DNA of 63,612 nucleotides, counting the filler, from Reclinomonas americana ATCC 50394 (Eukaryota): the NCBI GenBank assembly GCA_048213135.1. It is 5 parts of 2 records of this genome, joined end to end, with 100 filler letters (N's around TTAATTAATTAA, not from the genome) between each part and the next. Parts side by side here need not be neighbours in the genome. Positions count along the whole stretch, not along the records: positions 1 to 25,221 come from PS015099.1; positions 25,322 to 31,431 come from PS015100.1; 3 more parts are not named here. One strand, written 5' to 3'. Of this stretch, positions 15,370 to 28,400 are shown piece after piece (position 1 is the stretch's first letter; each line of letters starts with the position of its first letter). The translations under genes and the position numbers were made by a program. The notes below the pieces were generated by a model. That model made no database searches. It saw nothing but the letters and a program-made list of their open reading frames with translations, and was not told the origin of the DNA.

Positions 15370-18300
15370 TCATGGCGCAGTGGTGGCCTCCTTCTGCTTG
15401 GCCTCCATGCTGTCGAGAATTGCCTGTATTTACAAACACGTTCCACACACTCATGATGAGAACACGCACATTAAAGCGCGCTCCACCACAGGAGCGACGC
15501 GTCATCAACTGCAAGCCGCGCAATGTGCATCACTCACCACCACCTGCGTGGAGAACTGAGTGCGGAAGGCACCGATTTGCGTATTCGATGTCACCGGGTA
15601 CACGCGATTGGTCAACAGAATGGTGAACACACGGCGGTCAGGGTCGTTGCACACTTGCGTGCCCGTGTACCTGCAGCGCGTCACCAAAAAAATCAGACAC
15701 GGAAAAGGGCAAAAGAAGAAGGCCCGAGAGAAAAGCAAGGGCACAAGAAGAGACTCGAACATGCAACATTTAACCCCGAGAGACACAGCGTAATACGACG
15801 TCGTCCCCTCTCCCATGAAGACGCACCCGAGATGCAGGAAGGTACGTGGCGACAAATCACCGCACGAGTGATCCGTGTTGAGGCCGGTGGCATTGGTGTC
15901 CCAGCCGAGTGCACGCGACGATTGCGTCGTGTTGTAGACGCGCGTAAACTGCGACACGGTATCTACCGAGAGGCGCGTGAAGGTGGCTGTGTGTGTGTGA
16001 GAGCGAGAGCGAGGGAGAGAAAGTGAGTCACTGGTGGAGAAACCATCATCAGAAGCAGCGCAACGATGGGTGAACGGCAGCGGCAGCTCCGGATACATCC
16101 ACTGGAACAGCGCATTTGCAACATCGGGCAGCGTGGCGAACAGACCAGCGTGCCCCGAGATGCCGCCGAGAGCGTATGCGTTGCCGTCGGAAACCTGTCC
16201 TTGCACCACTCTGGTTGGATGAGGGCGCGAGGTTCAGCAATGGGGGCGAGGGAGGAAGTAGACAGATATAAATCAAGTATTAAGCGACAAAACCGATGAC
16301 GATAGGTGGTGTCGTTCCAGGCGGGTGCGGCGCGACCCCAGTCGGACAGCGACGGCAGGAAGCCACTGTCCTTCATCTGCAGCGGCTCGAACACCTCGCG
16401 GCGGACGTAGGCCTCGTAGTAGCACACCAGATTGCTGCCACACACACACAATGATACAGGTGAGATGACAGAAAAAACCAGAAAGGGGCGAGAGCGAGCG
16501 ACTCACCCCGGGCCCCTCTGATCGCAACCCGGGTAAAAGTCGGCAGCCGTCACGTAGCCGTGGTCGCGCGCCAGCTTGCCGACCACGTACATCATGGTAA
16601 TCATGCTGCGTGTCGTAAATGAGATTGGGAAGGGGGAGAGGAGGGAGAGAGAGAGTGNNNNNNNNNNNNNNNNNNNNNNNNNNNNNNNNNNNNNNNNNNN
16701 NNNNNNNNNNNNNNNNNNNNNNNNNNNNNNNNNNNNNNNNNNNNNNNNNNNNNNNNNNNNNNNNNNNNNNNNNNNNNNNNNNNNNNNNNNNNNNNNNNNN
16801 NNNNNNNNNNNNNNNNNNNNNNNNNNNNNNNNNNNNNNNNNNNNNNNNNNNNNNNNNNNNNNNNNNNNNNNNNNNNNNNNNNNNNNNNNNNNNNNNNNNN
16901 NNNNNNNNNNNNNNNNNNNNNNNNNNNNNNNNNNNNNNNNNNNNNNNNNNNNNNNNNNNNNNNNNNNNNNNNNNNNNNNNNNNNNNNNNNNNNNNNNNNN
17001 NNNNNNNNNNNNNNNNNNNNNNNNNNNNNNNNNNNNNNAAGGAACAGGGGGAAGGAACAGGGGGAAGGAACAGGGGAGAAGGAAGAGGCGGAAGGAAGAG
17101 GCGGAAGGAACAGGGGAGAAGGAACAGGGGAGAAGGAACAGGGGGAAGGAAAGGGGGAAGGAAAAGGGGGAAGGAACAGCGGGAAGGAACAGGGGGAGGG
17201 AACAGGGGGAAGGGAAAGGGGGGAAGGAACAGGGGGAAGAAACGGGGGAAGGATCAGCGGGAAAGGAATGGGGAAAGGAAAAAGGGAGAGTGTGAGAAGC
17301 GAGAGAAAAAGGAAGAGTGAAGCGAGAAGGAAGAGGACGATGAACAATAGAGAGATAAAGACTGCAGATGAACAAGGAGAGATGGCAAAGCAGAGCAAAA
17401 AAGGAGTCATCTATAACAGGCAAGCATCTGTCTTCTGTGCCTATTTGCGAAAGCTCGCACGCAACAGTAGTTCGGGACTGGATCCGGTGGGAAGCCGGCA
17501 GAGTGGGTCTACAACGATGCACGTACGTTAGTGACAGCGGCTGAGAGATCAGCGAATGTATACTCAGCGCTCACCATGACATTCGTGACGGTGATGGAGG
17601 CCTTGCCATTGACAGCAAACTGCGGTCCGAGAAGGCGCGGATCCGCAATCTTCCAATCTGCGGAGAACAGCTGTTAATACATGCAGCACGAGGAGCTGAT
17701 GAATCAAGAAGGAAGCTGCTCACCAAGGCCAAGCTCGCCGCGCTGCACGAATTGCGCGACAGCCGTGGTAGTGCTGAGCACCTTGGTGCATGAGGCCATG
17801 TCGAAGAGAGTCTGCCATGCGGTGATGAACGGTGAGAAAACGACAAGCAGGCATTGAAGATCGCTCATTGTTCTTCCGCTCATTTCCCCACTCGCTGCGC
17901 TTGCTGCTCGTTTCCCACTCCTTCTGCTTGTTTCCCACTCGCTTCTGCTTGTTTCCCACTCGCTGCGCTTCCTGCTCGTTTCCCCACTCGCTGCGCTTGC
18001 TGCTCGTTTCCCACTTGCTGCGTTTGCCGCTCGTTTCCCCACTCGCTGCGCTTGCCGCTCGTTTCCCCACTCGCTGCGCTTGCCGCTCGTTTCCCCACTC
18101 GCTGCGCTTGCTGCTCGTTTCCCCACTCGCTGCGCTGCTCGTTTCCCCACTCGCTGCGTTTGCTGCTCGTTTCTCACTCGCTGCGCTTNNNNNNNNNNNN
18201 NNNNNNNNNNNNNNNNNNNNNNNNNNNNNNNNNNNNNNNNNNNNNNNNNNNNNNNNNNNNNNNNNNNNNNNNNNNNNNNNNNNNNNNNNNNNNNNNNNNN

Positions 18301-19039
18301 NNNNNNNNNNNNNNNNNNNNNNNNNNNNNNNNNNNNNNNNNNNNNNNNNNNNNNNNNNNNNNNNNNNNNNNNNNNNNNNNNNNNNNNNNNNNNNNNNNNN
18401 NNNNNNNNNNNNNNNNNNNNNNNNNNNNNNNNNNNNNNNNNNNNNNNNNNNNNNNNNNNNNNNNNNNNNNNNNNNNNNNNNNNNNNNNNNNNNNNNNNNN
18501 NNNNNNNNNNNNNNNNNNNNNNNNNNNNNNNNNNNNNNNNNNNNNNNNNNNNNNNNNNNNNNNNNNNNNNNNNNNNNNNNNNNNNNNNNNNNNNNNNNNN
18601 NNNNNNNNNNNNNNNNNNNNNNNNNNNNNNNNNNNNNNNNNNNNNNNNNNNNNNNNNNNNNNNNNNNNNNNNNNNNNNNNNNNNNNNNNNNNNNNNNNNN
18701 NNNNNNNNNNNNNNNNNNNNNNNNNNNNNNNNNNNNNNNNNNNNNNNNNNNNNNNNNNNNNNNNNNNNNNNNNNNNNNNNNNNNNNNNNNNNNNNNNNNN
18801 NNNNNNNNNNNNNNNNNNNNNNNNNNNNNNNNNNNNNNNNNNNNNNNNNNNNNNNNNNNNNNNNNNNNNNNNNNNNNNNNNNNNNNNNNNNNNNNNNNNN
18901 NNNNNNNNNNNNNNNNNNNNNNNNNNNNNNNNNNNNNNNNNNNNNNNNNNNNNNNNNNNNNNNNNNNNNNNNNNNNNNNNNNNNNNNNNNNNNNNNNNNN
19001 NNNNNNNNNACACACTCACTCTCCCACCTCGCGCTCTCT

Positions 19040-19105
<66 letters not shown>

Positions 19106-19385
19106 AAGCACACATTCACTGAGAGTCATGACGGAGAATAAGCGTCAACTAAGTGCACACCTAAGTCGTCACCTACTACTCTCTCACTCACTCACTCGCA
19201 CACACTTATCTCCCTCTCTCACTGCTCCCTCTCCCTCACTCTTCTCACACACACACCTGCTGCATGAGGTTCACCAACGGGCTCCAATCCGCTTGCACAT
19301 CCTCACTCTTGTGCTGCTCATGCGCACGCCCTCCACTCACACACACCAACACCAGCAACACCACACACACAACTCGCACAATCAT
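15370..19385 (-). CDS. Secreted beta-lactamase-family (class C/esterase-like) serine hydrolase, interrupted by gaps
   Basis: Signal peptide MIVRVVCVVLLVLVCVSGG, FDMASCTK (SxxK), THSAGFPPDP, VFEPLQMKDSGF, GQVSDGNAYALGGISGHAGLF, FLHLG/YTGT and LLTNRVYP. The last exon is AILDSMEAKQKEATTAP*. Confidence 0.85.
17039..17290. repeat. Purine-rich minisatellite (about GGAACAGGGGGAA unit), intronic
   Basis: Tandem 13-15 nt units adjacent to an assembly gap. Confidence 0.85.
17880..18188. repeat. About 28-nt tandem minisatellite, intronic
   Basis: About 11 head-to-tail copies of tttccccactcgctgcgcttg(c/t)cgctcg running into a gap. Confidence 0.9.
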
Positions 19386-19445
19386 GACGCGACAGCAATC
19401 AAAAAGTGAAAATACACTCCTCGCAATCAATCAATCATCGATAAA

Positions 19446-22400
19446 ATGGCGTCCTTTGCCTTGCGCGTCCGTGCAACCATCCACGACCGCGCGCACTCTG
19501 TCACGCTCTCACGGGACACTGCTGCGGGGATAATCCAGCTCGGCTCGACCTTGTCGGAGGCCGTGGAAGTGGCCGAGATGCTGTTGGCGCGCTCGTGCGG
19601 ACGCACCGGCTTTAATGTGCGCGCGGTGCAGGCGCCGGTTCCGTTTGCGCTGGAGCATGTGGGCGAGTTGACGCTGCGGCAGCTGGGCTTGCGTAGTGGC
19701 ATGGAGCTGGTTGTGAGCGGCGAATGCACTCCTGATGACAATGTTCCGATGGCGACAAGCAGCAATGCTGTTGTTGCGGACGATGCTTTGGCGGTTAACG
19801 ATGGACGTGATCAGGCTGGCGATGTGGAGGCCTTTGATGGTGTGCTGGCGGCATTGAAGGCGGCGGTCAGTGACCCGCGTGCGACTGTTGTCGCGATCGA
19901 TGATTTGTTGCAGCAGCTGGCGGAGCATTTGCGTGGCAGTTCGCGGCTGCGTCGGCGCATGATGGATGAGCATGGTGTGCCGGTGGTGGATCAGGTGCTG
20001 CGCAAGTTGTTTGAGTCGCGGAACACTGTCGATGCCGTGTGTGCCGTCATTCGTGCCAACACATGTTGCGTTCCGGTGTCGTTTTTTGCAATCAATGAGG
20101 TAGCGCGCGGGTTGTTTACCCTTTCCTGCAGTGGTGTTGGGCGACTTCCGCGACTGGGCGGCCGTCAATGTCAAGCCGCTGTACTGGAAGTGTGTGCCGC
20201 TGCTGGTCGACGCCATGCAACGGTATCACGAACACGCCGACACGTGCGAGGCCGTGTGTGCGACACTGAGTACGTTGGTGGCGAGTTGCGTCCCCGTGCT
20301 GGCGCTGTGTTTGTGCGCGTCGTGCGTTATCCTCCTCCTCCTCCTCCTCCTCCTCCTCGTCTCTCCCTCCTTCCCCTCCTTCTCCTTGTCCTCCTCCTCC
20401 TCCTCCTCGTCTCTCCCTCCTTCCCCTCCTTCTCCTTGTCCTCCTCCTCCTCCTCCTCCTCCTCCTCCTCCTCCTCTTCCTCCCCCTCCTCCGCCTTACA
20501 CCATCATCGACAGGTGGCAAGTCGGTGCCGCTGAAGAGTGTGATCGACGGCGGTGGAGCCGATCGCTTGCTGCCCATTCTCCGCGAGCATCGCGTGGTGG
20601 CCGGCACCGTCATGTGGGCCAGCACGCTGATGGCTGACATTGCTGTGAGCGGTGCGTGTCTGCTTGTGTCTTTATGCGCTCATCATCTCACGCCTCCTCG
20701 GACGCTGCAGATGAAGAAGCTCGCAATCGACTGGTCGCCAGTGGCGCCGTGGAACTCATGTTGGAGTTGGCCCGTCATTTCACTGCCGTCGACCGCAAGA
20801 CGCTGGCACAGATCTTGACGGCACTCTCCAGTCTTCTCCAGCGTGCGTTTTGCGTGCAGTCTGCTTCCGCCTGGTCGCTGCTCACCGCTTTTTTTCGACA
20901 GTCGACAGTTACAATGACGACGACGAGGAGGAGGAGGAGGAGTACACTGAAGCACAGCGGAGGTTTGCTGACTCGAACGGCGTGGCCACGGTTGTCGAGA
21001 CGGTGCTGCCACACGTGGAGGATCTGGAAACAATGCGCGCTGCGTCGTTTGTACTCGACGTGTTGGGCGGTACGTATACGTTGTGCAGCTCTCAGCATCT
21101 CGCTCCATTTTGTTTGTCGTCACTCACGAGAATTCCTCCAGCTCCCGGAATGGCCGAGCCCATGAGCCAGACGGGGGGCATGAACTTGCTGGCTACCATT
21201 CTGCGCCTGCATGCAAGTGACGGTCACGTGGCGAGCATGACGGCGGACAACATTGCGAATGCTCTCGAAAGTTGTGTTTGCTGTTCTGTGTGGATCACCT
21301 GCTTGTTTTCGCTGTCTTTCTCACGTCCGCCCTCGGGTTCGCAGTACACGCCAACCGCGCTGCCTTTCTCGAGGCCGGTGGCATTGCTGCACTGGCCGCC
21401 ACCGTTAAGATGTACTCGGCAGAGCCAGGCATCGTCAGCCCGGCCATTTGCCGATGCCTGCCTCTCGTGCTCGCAGGTAGTATTCCTCTCATTTTTTTGA
21501 GCTGCCTGCTGTCATTTCCGTGTGCTCACAATGGCGCGCGGGATTCTCTCTCGCTCACAGACGACGCACATCGTATGGAGTTTTCCGCGGCTGGTGGCAT
21601 CCCGCCGCTGATTGCGCACCTCGCCGAGTGCGACGTAGACGATTTGCACGCTGCGGTGCTGGCGGTGTACGCGGCAGTCGGTGATCGTGCGTTCACTTGT
21701 TCGCTTGCATCCTCGCGCCAGGCATGTGAGGCTCACGCAGGTCACAGTGGTTGAATGCATCGTCGCCTTCCTGGAGGACGGCGGGCTGCAGGTGCTCGTC
21801 GACCGACTGACCGGCATTGATGACCCGGATGCCGCCGATTTGGCGCGCGATGCGTGCCTCGTCGTCGATCGGTGTCTTGTCGGTTGCGTTCTTATTTTGT
21901 GAAGAGGGGGTTCGTCTGTTGCATGGTGCCGACTGCTTGCGCGCAGCGTGCGCCGACGTGCGCCAGGAATTCGGCGAGGCCGATGGAGTTGCAGCCATGG
22001 TCGGATTGCTCCATCTGTTCTCGCCAGATCCTGTCACGACAGTTGTCGTTTGTGCAGCCTTGCGTTCTGCTCTGCGGGGTGCGTGTGCCTGTACATGTGT
22101 GTGCATTTGCTTCTTCTGTCGCTTCCGCACGCTGCTGCTCACTGTCCCTCCCCGTCGCACAGCTTGTCCCGAGAATCGCGAACGGTTTGCGTTGGCTGGC
22201 GGGTGCGACGTCCTTGTGCAAGTGTTGAACTTGCACGTTGATCATCTTGATGCTCTGCTGGAGGCTTGTCAGTTGGCGTACTCAGCCACTGCCGGTGAGA
22301 GAGAGAGCGAGATCGTGTGCGTTTACACTGTCCTTGCCAAAGTGCTCACTTGTTTCAAGCAGACTGCAAAATCGGCCAGAGAGAATTCGGGTCGCATGGT

Positions 22401-23728
22401 GGCATCCCAGCTCTGTTTACCATACTCGAGTCACCTGTGGCCACGACTGAGAATCCGCAGCTGCTCAGTGCAGTGGCAAACACGTTTGGCTGGGTCGTCA
22501 ACGGTTTTGCTCGTCATCTCTCGCCTCTACTGCCCATGCGCATGCCACACAATGGTCACGTCTCCTCTACTTTCTCTCCCGCACAGTGAGTGCCAATGCC
22601 GACTCTATTGTCGCTGCCAATGGTGCTGCCGCCCTGCTGCACCTATTTGATATGTTGGAGGACGATGTGTTGTGTGTCGCCATGCTGCTGGAGACAGTGA
22701 CCTCATGCTGCTCGACGGATCGCGGTTTGTTTCTTTGTGCTCGCACTGCGTATTGCCGTCTCTTCACACGATGCATTGGTATTGCTCCGCAGCCTCGGTT
22801 GCGCGACGCCAATTCGCCGCCGCCGGGGTGTGGAACCGAGTGCTTGGTGTCATGCGGCGGCACATTGACGACCCCAAGCCGACCATGGCTGCATGCTCGA
22901 CGACAATCAGCTTGCTCAATGGTATGTGGATTGAAGAATGAGGGAGGGAGAGAGAGAGAGTGAGGACGACTGTGTTTCTCACTCTCCGGCGGCTGCAGCA
23001 AGCAAAGACAATGCGGAGGCATTTGTCGAAGCCGGGGGCATTGAGGCCGTGGTGGGTATCTTGCGTGCCCATGCGGATCATGCCGGCGTGATGGGCAACG
23101 CGTGCGGAGCATTGTGGAACTGCATGCTTGGTTTGTGTGTGTCATGTACAACGAAGAGGCTGCTCAATGACAGCAGTGACTGATGGGGTACGAGTGCGCG
23201 CAGCCTTCCCGGCCAGCAAGCATCGATTCGGAGAGCTGGGTGGTATGGAGCTGCTGGTGTCCACTCTGCGGCAGCATGTGGACTCGTCAATGGTGGTGCA
23301 CACTGGCTGCGGCGCCGCGTGGCGTGCGCTAATTGGATCCGAGGAGAACCAAGTCCGTTTTGGCAATGCCGGCGGCATGGAGCTCCTGGTCACGATGATG
23401 CAGAAGCACGGCGACGATCTCGAAACGGCGGAGAACGTCATTGGCACCGCATGGAAAGCCTGCTGTTCGTATCTTCCATGCGCGCGTGTGCTAACCGGTG
23501 GTTGACAATGCTGCTTGCGCAGTGGTACTGGAGAACCTGCAGCGCTTCGAGGCCGCCGGTGGCTTAGACGAGGTGAAGTCCGTTTACGAGGCTGCACAGC
23601 GTGCGCGAAACGACACGGTGGCCACGTTGGCGTATGTTGTCGGCGAGAAGCTGTTCCGCGATGATGACGTTGGCGGCGGCAACGACGTCGATAGCAGCAG
23701 CAGCAGCACGACCGACGACGATGAATGA
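19446..23728 (+). CDS. Armadillo-repeat protein with an N-terminal ubiquitin-like/UBX-like segment
   Basis: N-terminus FALRVRA...ELTLRQLGLRSGMELVV (Ubl-like). Many ARM-type repeats: NRAAFLEAGGIAAL, ENRERFALAGGCDVL, NAEAFVEAGGIEAVV..LRAH...NACGALWN and ENQVRFGNAGGMELLV. Acidic tail, stop TGA 23726-23728. Confidence 0.8.
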
Positions 23729-23789
23729 TGAAAATTGAATGACAACAACAATTGCAAAGGACAAGTCTTTTTTTGAGTCAGACAGAGAC

Positions 23790-24438
23790 ATGGCATCCTC
23801 GTCAACCGCCGTCCCGATGCAAGTCGACGATGCCAGTGGCGCACCGGCAGTGCCGGCCATCGACGAGAGCCTCTACAGTCGACAGCTGTATGTCGTGGGC
23901 GCAGAGGTACCCAAATCGAGACACACACCCACACTTAACAAGCAATGAGAAGAGACAATGGATGCACGCTTGCATTGAGCGAGACAGTGAGGCAGCACGC
24001 AATGCAGGCAGCAGGCAGAGGGATGGAGACGACATGCATGTGTATTTTTAGCATGCGCTCATGCATGCTTCCTCAGGCGCAACGGAAGCTGCTGCACGCT
24101 AATGTGCTCATCTGTGGACTGGATGGCCTCGGAGTTGAGATTGGTGAGTTCATGCGTGAAGAGGAGACAGAGAGACAAAGACAAGATCACTCACATTGTG
24201 TGTGTGTGCAGCCAAGAATGTCGCGCTGGCTGGTGTGCGCTCGATCACACGTTGCGTTATACTGTATGTGTCGCCTTTTTGCAAGGTCGTTGACTCTCTC
24301 TGTTTATCAGTGCAAGACGATGCGGATGTGGTGGTGGCCGATTTGGGCACACAGTTCTATGTGCGCGAGGGCGATGTGGGTCGCAATCGGGCGCTGGTGA
24401 CGGTGCCGCGGTTGGCGGAGTTGAATCCGTATGTGAGG
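23790..24438 (+). CDS. UBA1: Ubiquitin-activating enzyme E1, 5' portion (truncated by scaffold end)
   Basis: Spliced [51 protein letters not shown]...DLGTQFYVREGDVGRNRA...LAELNPYV. A UBA6-type paralogue cannot be excluded from this fragment. Confidence 0.9.
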
Positions 24439-25129
24439 GTGAGTGGGAAGGGGAAAGGGAGGAGAACGGGGTGAGAGAGGGGGAGGAGAGGGGGAGGAGC
24501 AGGGGAGGAGAAGGGGAGGAGAAGGGAGGGGGAGGAGAAGGGGAGGAGAAGGAGAAGGGAAAAGAAGAAGAAGGGGAGAAGAGGGGGAGGAGAAGGGGAT
24601 GTAAGGAGAAGGAGAAGAACGGGAGGAGCAGGGGAAAAGAAGGAGAAGGAGAACTGGAGGGCGAGACATGAGAAGAGTCGCAGAAGGAGAAGGAGACGAG
24701 AAGGGGAGACGACAGAAGAGACATCGACAGCGGTATTCAGCATTCTCGCAAAGACCACAGCGCCGGTTATCATCCTCAGAAATAGGCCTGTCGTGCACTC
24801 ACTCCTCCTGCTGTCACCTGTCATCTATCTCTCCTCCTGGCTGCTTCCCTTTCCAACTCAGCAGTTCCGTCTCTTCTCGTTCTCGTCTTCTTCCCGTTCG
24901 ACACCATTGAATTAACTTTCTCTTTTCCTCCCTTCTCTTCTGTTGTCTTTTCTGCCCTAATCTTTCTGCTGTTGTCTCTTGTTGCTCTTGTCTCCTCTTG
25001 CCTTCTCTTCCCTCTCCTTTCTCTTCTCAACGTCCCGCTGTTCCTTGCCTTGTCTTTTCTCTTCTCTTTCTTTTCTAATCCTCTTCCCCTCTCCTTTCCC
25101 CCTTCTCTTCTTGCCGCTGGACCTCGCCT

Positions 25130-25207
<78 letters not shown>

Positions 25208-25265
25208 TCTCTCTCTCGTTCNNNNNNNNNNNNNNNNNNNNNNNNNNNNNNNNNNNNNNNNNNNN

Positions 25266-25277
25266 TTAATTAATTAA
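25266..25277. other. Artificial six-frame-stop linker TTAATTAATTAA in an N pad (assembly join)
   Basis: The same 12-mer sits in equal N pads at four places. Confidence 0.95.
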
Positions 25278-25420
25278 NNNNNNNNNNNNNNNNNNNNNNN
25301 NNNNNNNNNNNNNNNNNNNNNAGGTGCGTGAATCCATCGACAGACAATTGGCACGCAGCTCGCCACCACCGCTCACCGCTTGCCTCCGTGTGTGTGTGTG
25401 TCTCTCTCTCTCTCTCGCAG

Positions 25421-28400
25421 GCGACTGGGGCTTCGAACAGTGCCCCGGTGCGCTGCTGGCGGTTTTGGTGCGCTGGCTCTCCGAATCACTGCGTAACGAT
25501 CAGAAGATGGCCGCCATTTGCAGTGTCAGTGCACGAATCGACTTGGTACTGGAGATTTTGCGTCAGGTGGGATTGCCGTTTTTGGAACGGGCGTAGTGAC
25601 GATTCAATGTTGACGCTCACCGCTTTGTTTCGCAGAGCATGACTCTGCCGGTGACCAACACGGAGACGCTGGAGAGTGTGTTTGAGATTCTGCGAGGCTG
25701 GATGAAACCAACGTCGCGGTCGACGATTCAGCGACCACCAACCATGGCCTCCAATCTGCAGTTGTACATTATGGTATGCATTCCTCTGTCGCACTGCGTT
25801 ATTCTTCGCTGCCTGTTTCTGACGACGATGTGCAGGCCATGTCGGATCTGGTGGCGCAAGTGTTCTTCTTGCCACGAAGGGGCGGCTCGGAGAGTGCGCA
25901 CATTAGTTTGTGTCGTGCTGCCGTGGAGATCTTTTCGTCGTTGGTTGTCAAGGATGTGGAGTTGGAGCGTCCCACATGGTGCGTCAGCTGTCGCGCAGGC
26001 ACCAGTTGGACGAGTCTCTCATTTATATGTGCAGGGACCGCGTACTGAAGTTGCAGATGAACATTGCGAATTACTTGTTGGTGGAGAGTCGCGGGACGGC
26101 CGACTATTTGCAGGATGTGGCCGATGTGTTGCTGAAGGTGCGACAGCAACAATACTGAGCGCGCACGACGATGGGCATGACACTCACTGTGCTGTGCCAG
26201 GTTCTTTTTGATTTGTTTGTTCGCGCCGATCTGCTGTCGGATGCAAGTGAGGAGCTGTGGGGCGAACTGCACCACTTTATGTCGTTGTGGAAGAACTATC
26301 ATCAGGCGGTCCAACAGTGGAGAGTTGCGCAAGATGCCCGCCATCGTCTCACGATTGTGCAGTGAGCGGATTCTCACCGCCGTGAACAGGGCTCCCTCAT
26401 GCGACTCACTGGTCAGCTCATTGATTATTTGTACTATGGGAAAGACGATCGAGTGCACCCGGATGCCACCATCAAGCGCTCCAAGATCGCCTTTTTGTGG
26501 GACAAGATTCTCTGTGCGTCTTCTCTCACACGCGCGCCGTCGGTGTGCCAGCCGTGTTTCTGACTGTCGTCTGCAGACATCATGGGAAACCCGAATGAGA
26601 TCACCGAGGCTGGAATTTTCGCCTTGGCTTTCCGCGGACTCGCCGATGTGATCAACCTCTTCCTGTCGGTCGGACGCCGTGAGGCCAAGACCGAATTCGG
26701 TGCGTACCAGTTTCCTGCTCTTCTTCCTTCCGTTCTATCCTTCGTCGCTGACGTCCCTTTATTGGTTGCTGATGCAGGTGGATCGGGTAGCGGCGGTGGC
26801 GGCAGTGGTGGCGGCAGCAGCAGCGGCAGCGGTAGCAGTGGTTCATCGCAGCCGACCATTGTGCACCCGCCAGAGGCCAACTCGCTGCTGCACATTTTCG
26901 GGCAATGGTTGCTGGAAGCGTGCAGTCGTGCCGACTCGTTGCGTCCATCAGCCAGTTCGATGTAGTTGCCGCTCTATTCATTGACACTTTTGTGTGCCAC
27001 AGTGGCTTCGAGGACGGCCGTGCGTCAGCGTACAGCGTGTTGTGTCGCATTGTGTGCAGTCGCACGAGTCGCCCGATTTTCCCGCAGCATCTGGCCCTGG
27101 TGTACAGTTTGCTGCAAGAGGTGTGTGTGGTCGCGCGCCATTGTGAGCACAGTCGATTGTTCGTGACGCATGTGTGTGTCTTGTGACTTGCAGGGCCTCA
27201 GCGACAGATCGTCGAAGATTCCCGAAGCCATTATTATGCACTCGCGTGGCTTCTTTGCACTCGACCACCCCGGCAGCCGGTTCTTGTTGCCGGCCTTCCT
27301 GGACGCCATTCAGAGCATTGTTGCGATCGATTCCAGCTGCTTCTCTCTCTCTCTTTGTGCTGATGCTCACAGTGCGTTCTTCCCTCCCACTGTAGTTCCA
27401 ACAATCGTCGACGAACAGCGAGCTGAAGGAAGCCGGTCTGTCCATCATGGTCAGCATCGTGTTCTTGCCGCATCACTTTGCCAATACACCGCAAGTGAGA
27501 GTTGCGTAGCGTCCACTGGCTGTCCACCCGCACTCTTCATTTGGTGGTGACGCCCCTTTGCTGTCTCCTGTGCAGTTTTCACCCTCTGGCCTCGAGTCGA
27601 CCAGCGTCACATTTGCTCAGGTACACTGCCATCGTCCAAGTTGTCCTTTTTACCGGAGCTGGTATTGGTTACTTATCTTTGTTTTCCTCCTAGCTGCACC
27701 ACCGCCTATACGTTCTGTTCACAAGAGCAGCATCACAAAACCTGACCGAGCTGTGCGACATCATGTCTGTGTGGGGTCTCAGCCTCGTGCTCTTGCAGGA
27801 CTTGCTCTTGTCCAGCAGGTGGGGATTTCAAGCGTATTTTTGTGTGCTGTCGCCGCTGCTAAAACTCGAGCGCTCATGCATGTTCTGTCGTGCGCAGTGA
27901 CATGCGCGTCCAGATGCACTCGTGCTTGGAGTTGTTGTTGAAAAAGAGCGTCGACCAGCGACAACAGACGGCGAAAGCTGCTCACGACTGTCTCCGCATG
28001 CTGTCTGAGGTGATGAGTCGCGTTGTCGAAGTCGACCCGGTGCGTGTGGCCGCCCCACTATGCTGTCGCCTTCAGTCGTGCCGCCACACTGCTGCTTACC
28101 TTTTCCTCTCCGCGCGTGTGCAGGGAGCGGCGCAATATCTCGTAATCACGCTGGGATCGCGCATCGAGGAGGAAATCATGCGCTTCACAGAAACTCGCTG
28201 TGCGTCTCCATTGCCTCCTCTCTCCTCCACAGCAGCGTCCTCATTTTTGTCGCAGTGCCTGTTATCGTCGGCCTGTACGATGCGCTGCTGGATGTCACCA
28301 TGGCACTGACACCCGACGTGCTGGCCAACCCGCTGATCTCACACGCTCTGTTCCATGTGATTGCGTGCGGCATGGATCCCAACACTGCCGCCACCGCACT

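Noticed and set aside
17880-18188. 28-nt repeats of CRISPR-like length
   Set aside because: The units are head-to-tail with no unique spacers, lie inside a eukaryotic intron, and have no cas genes nearby.
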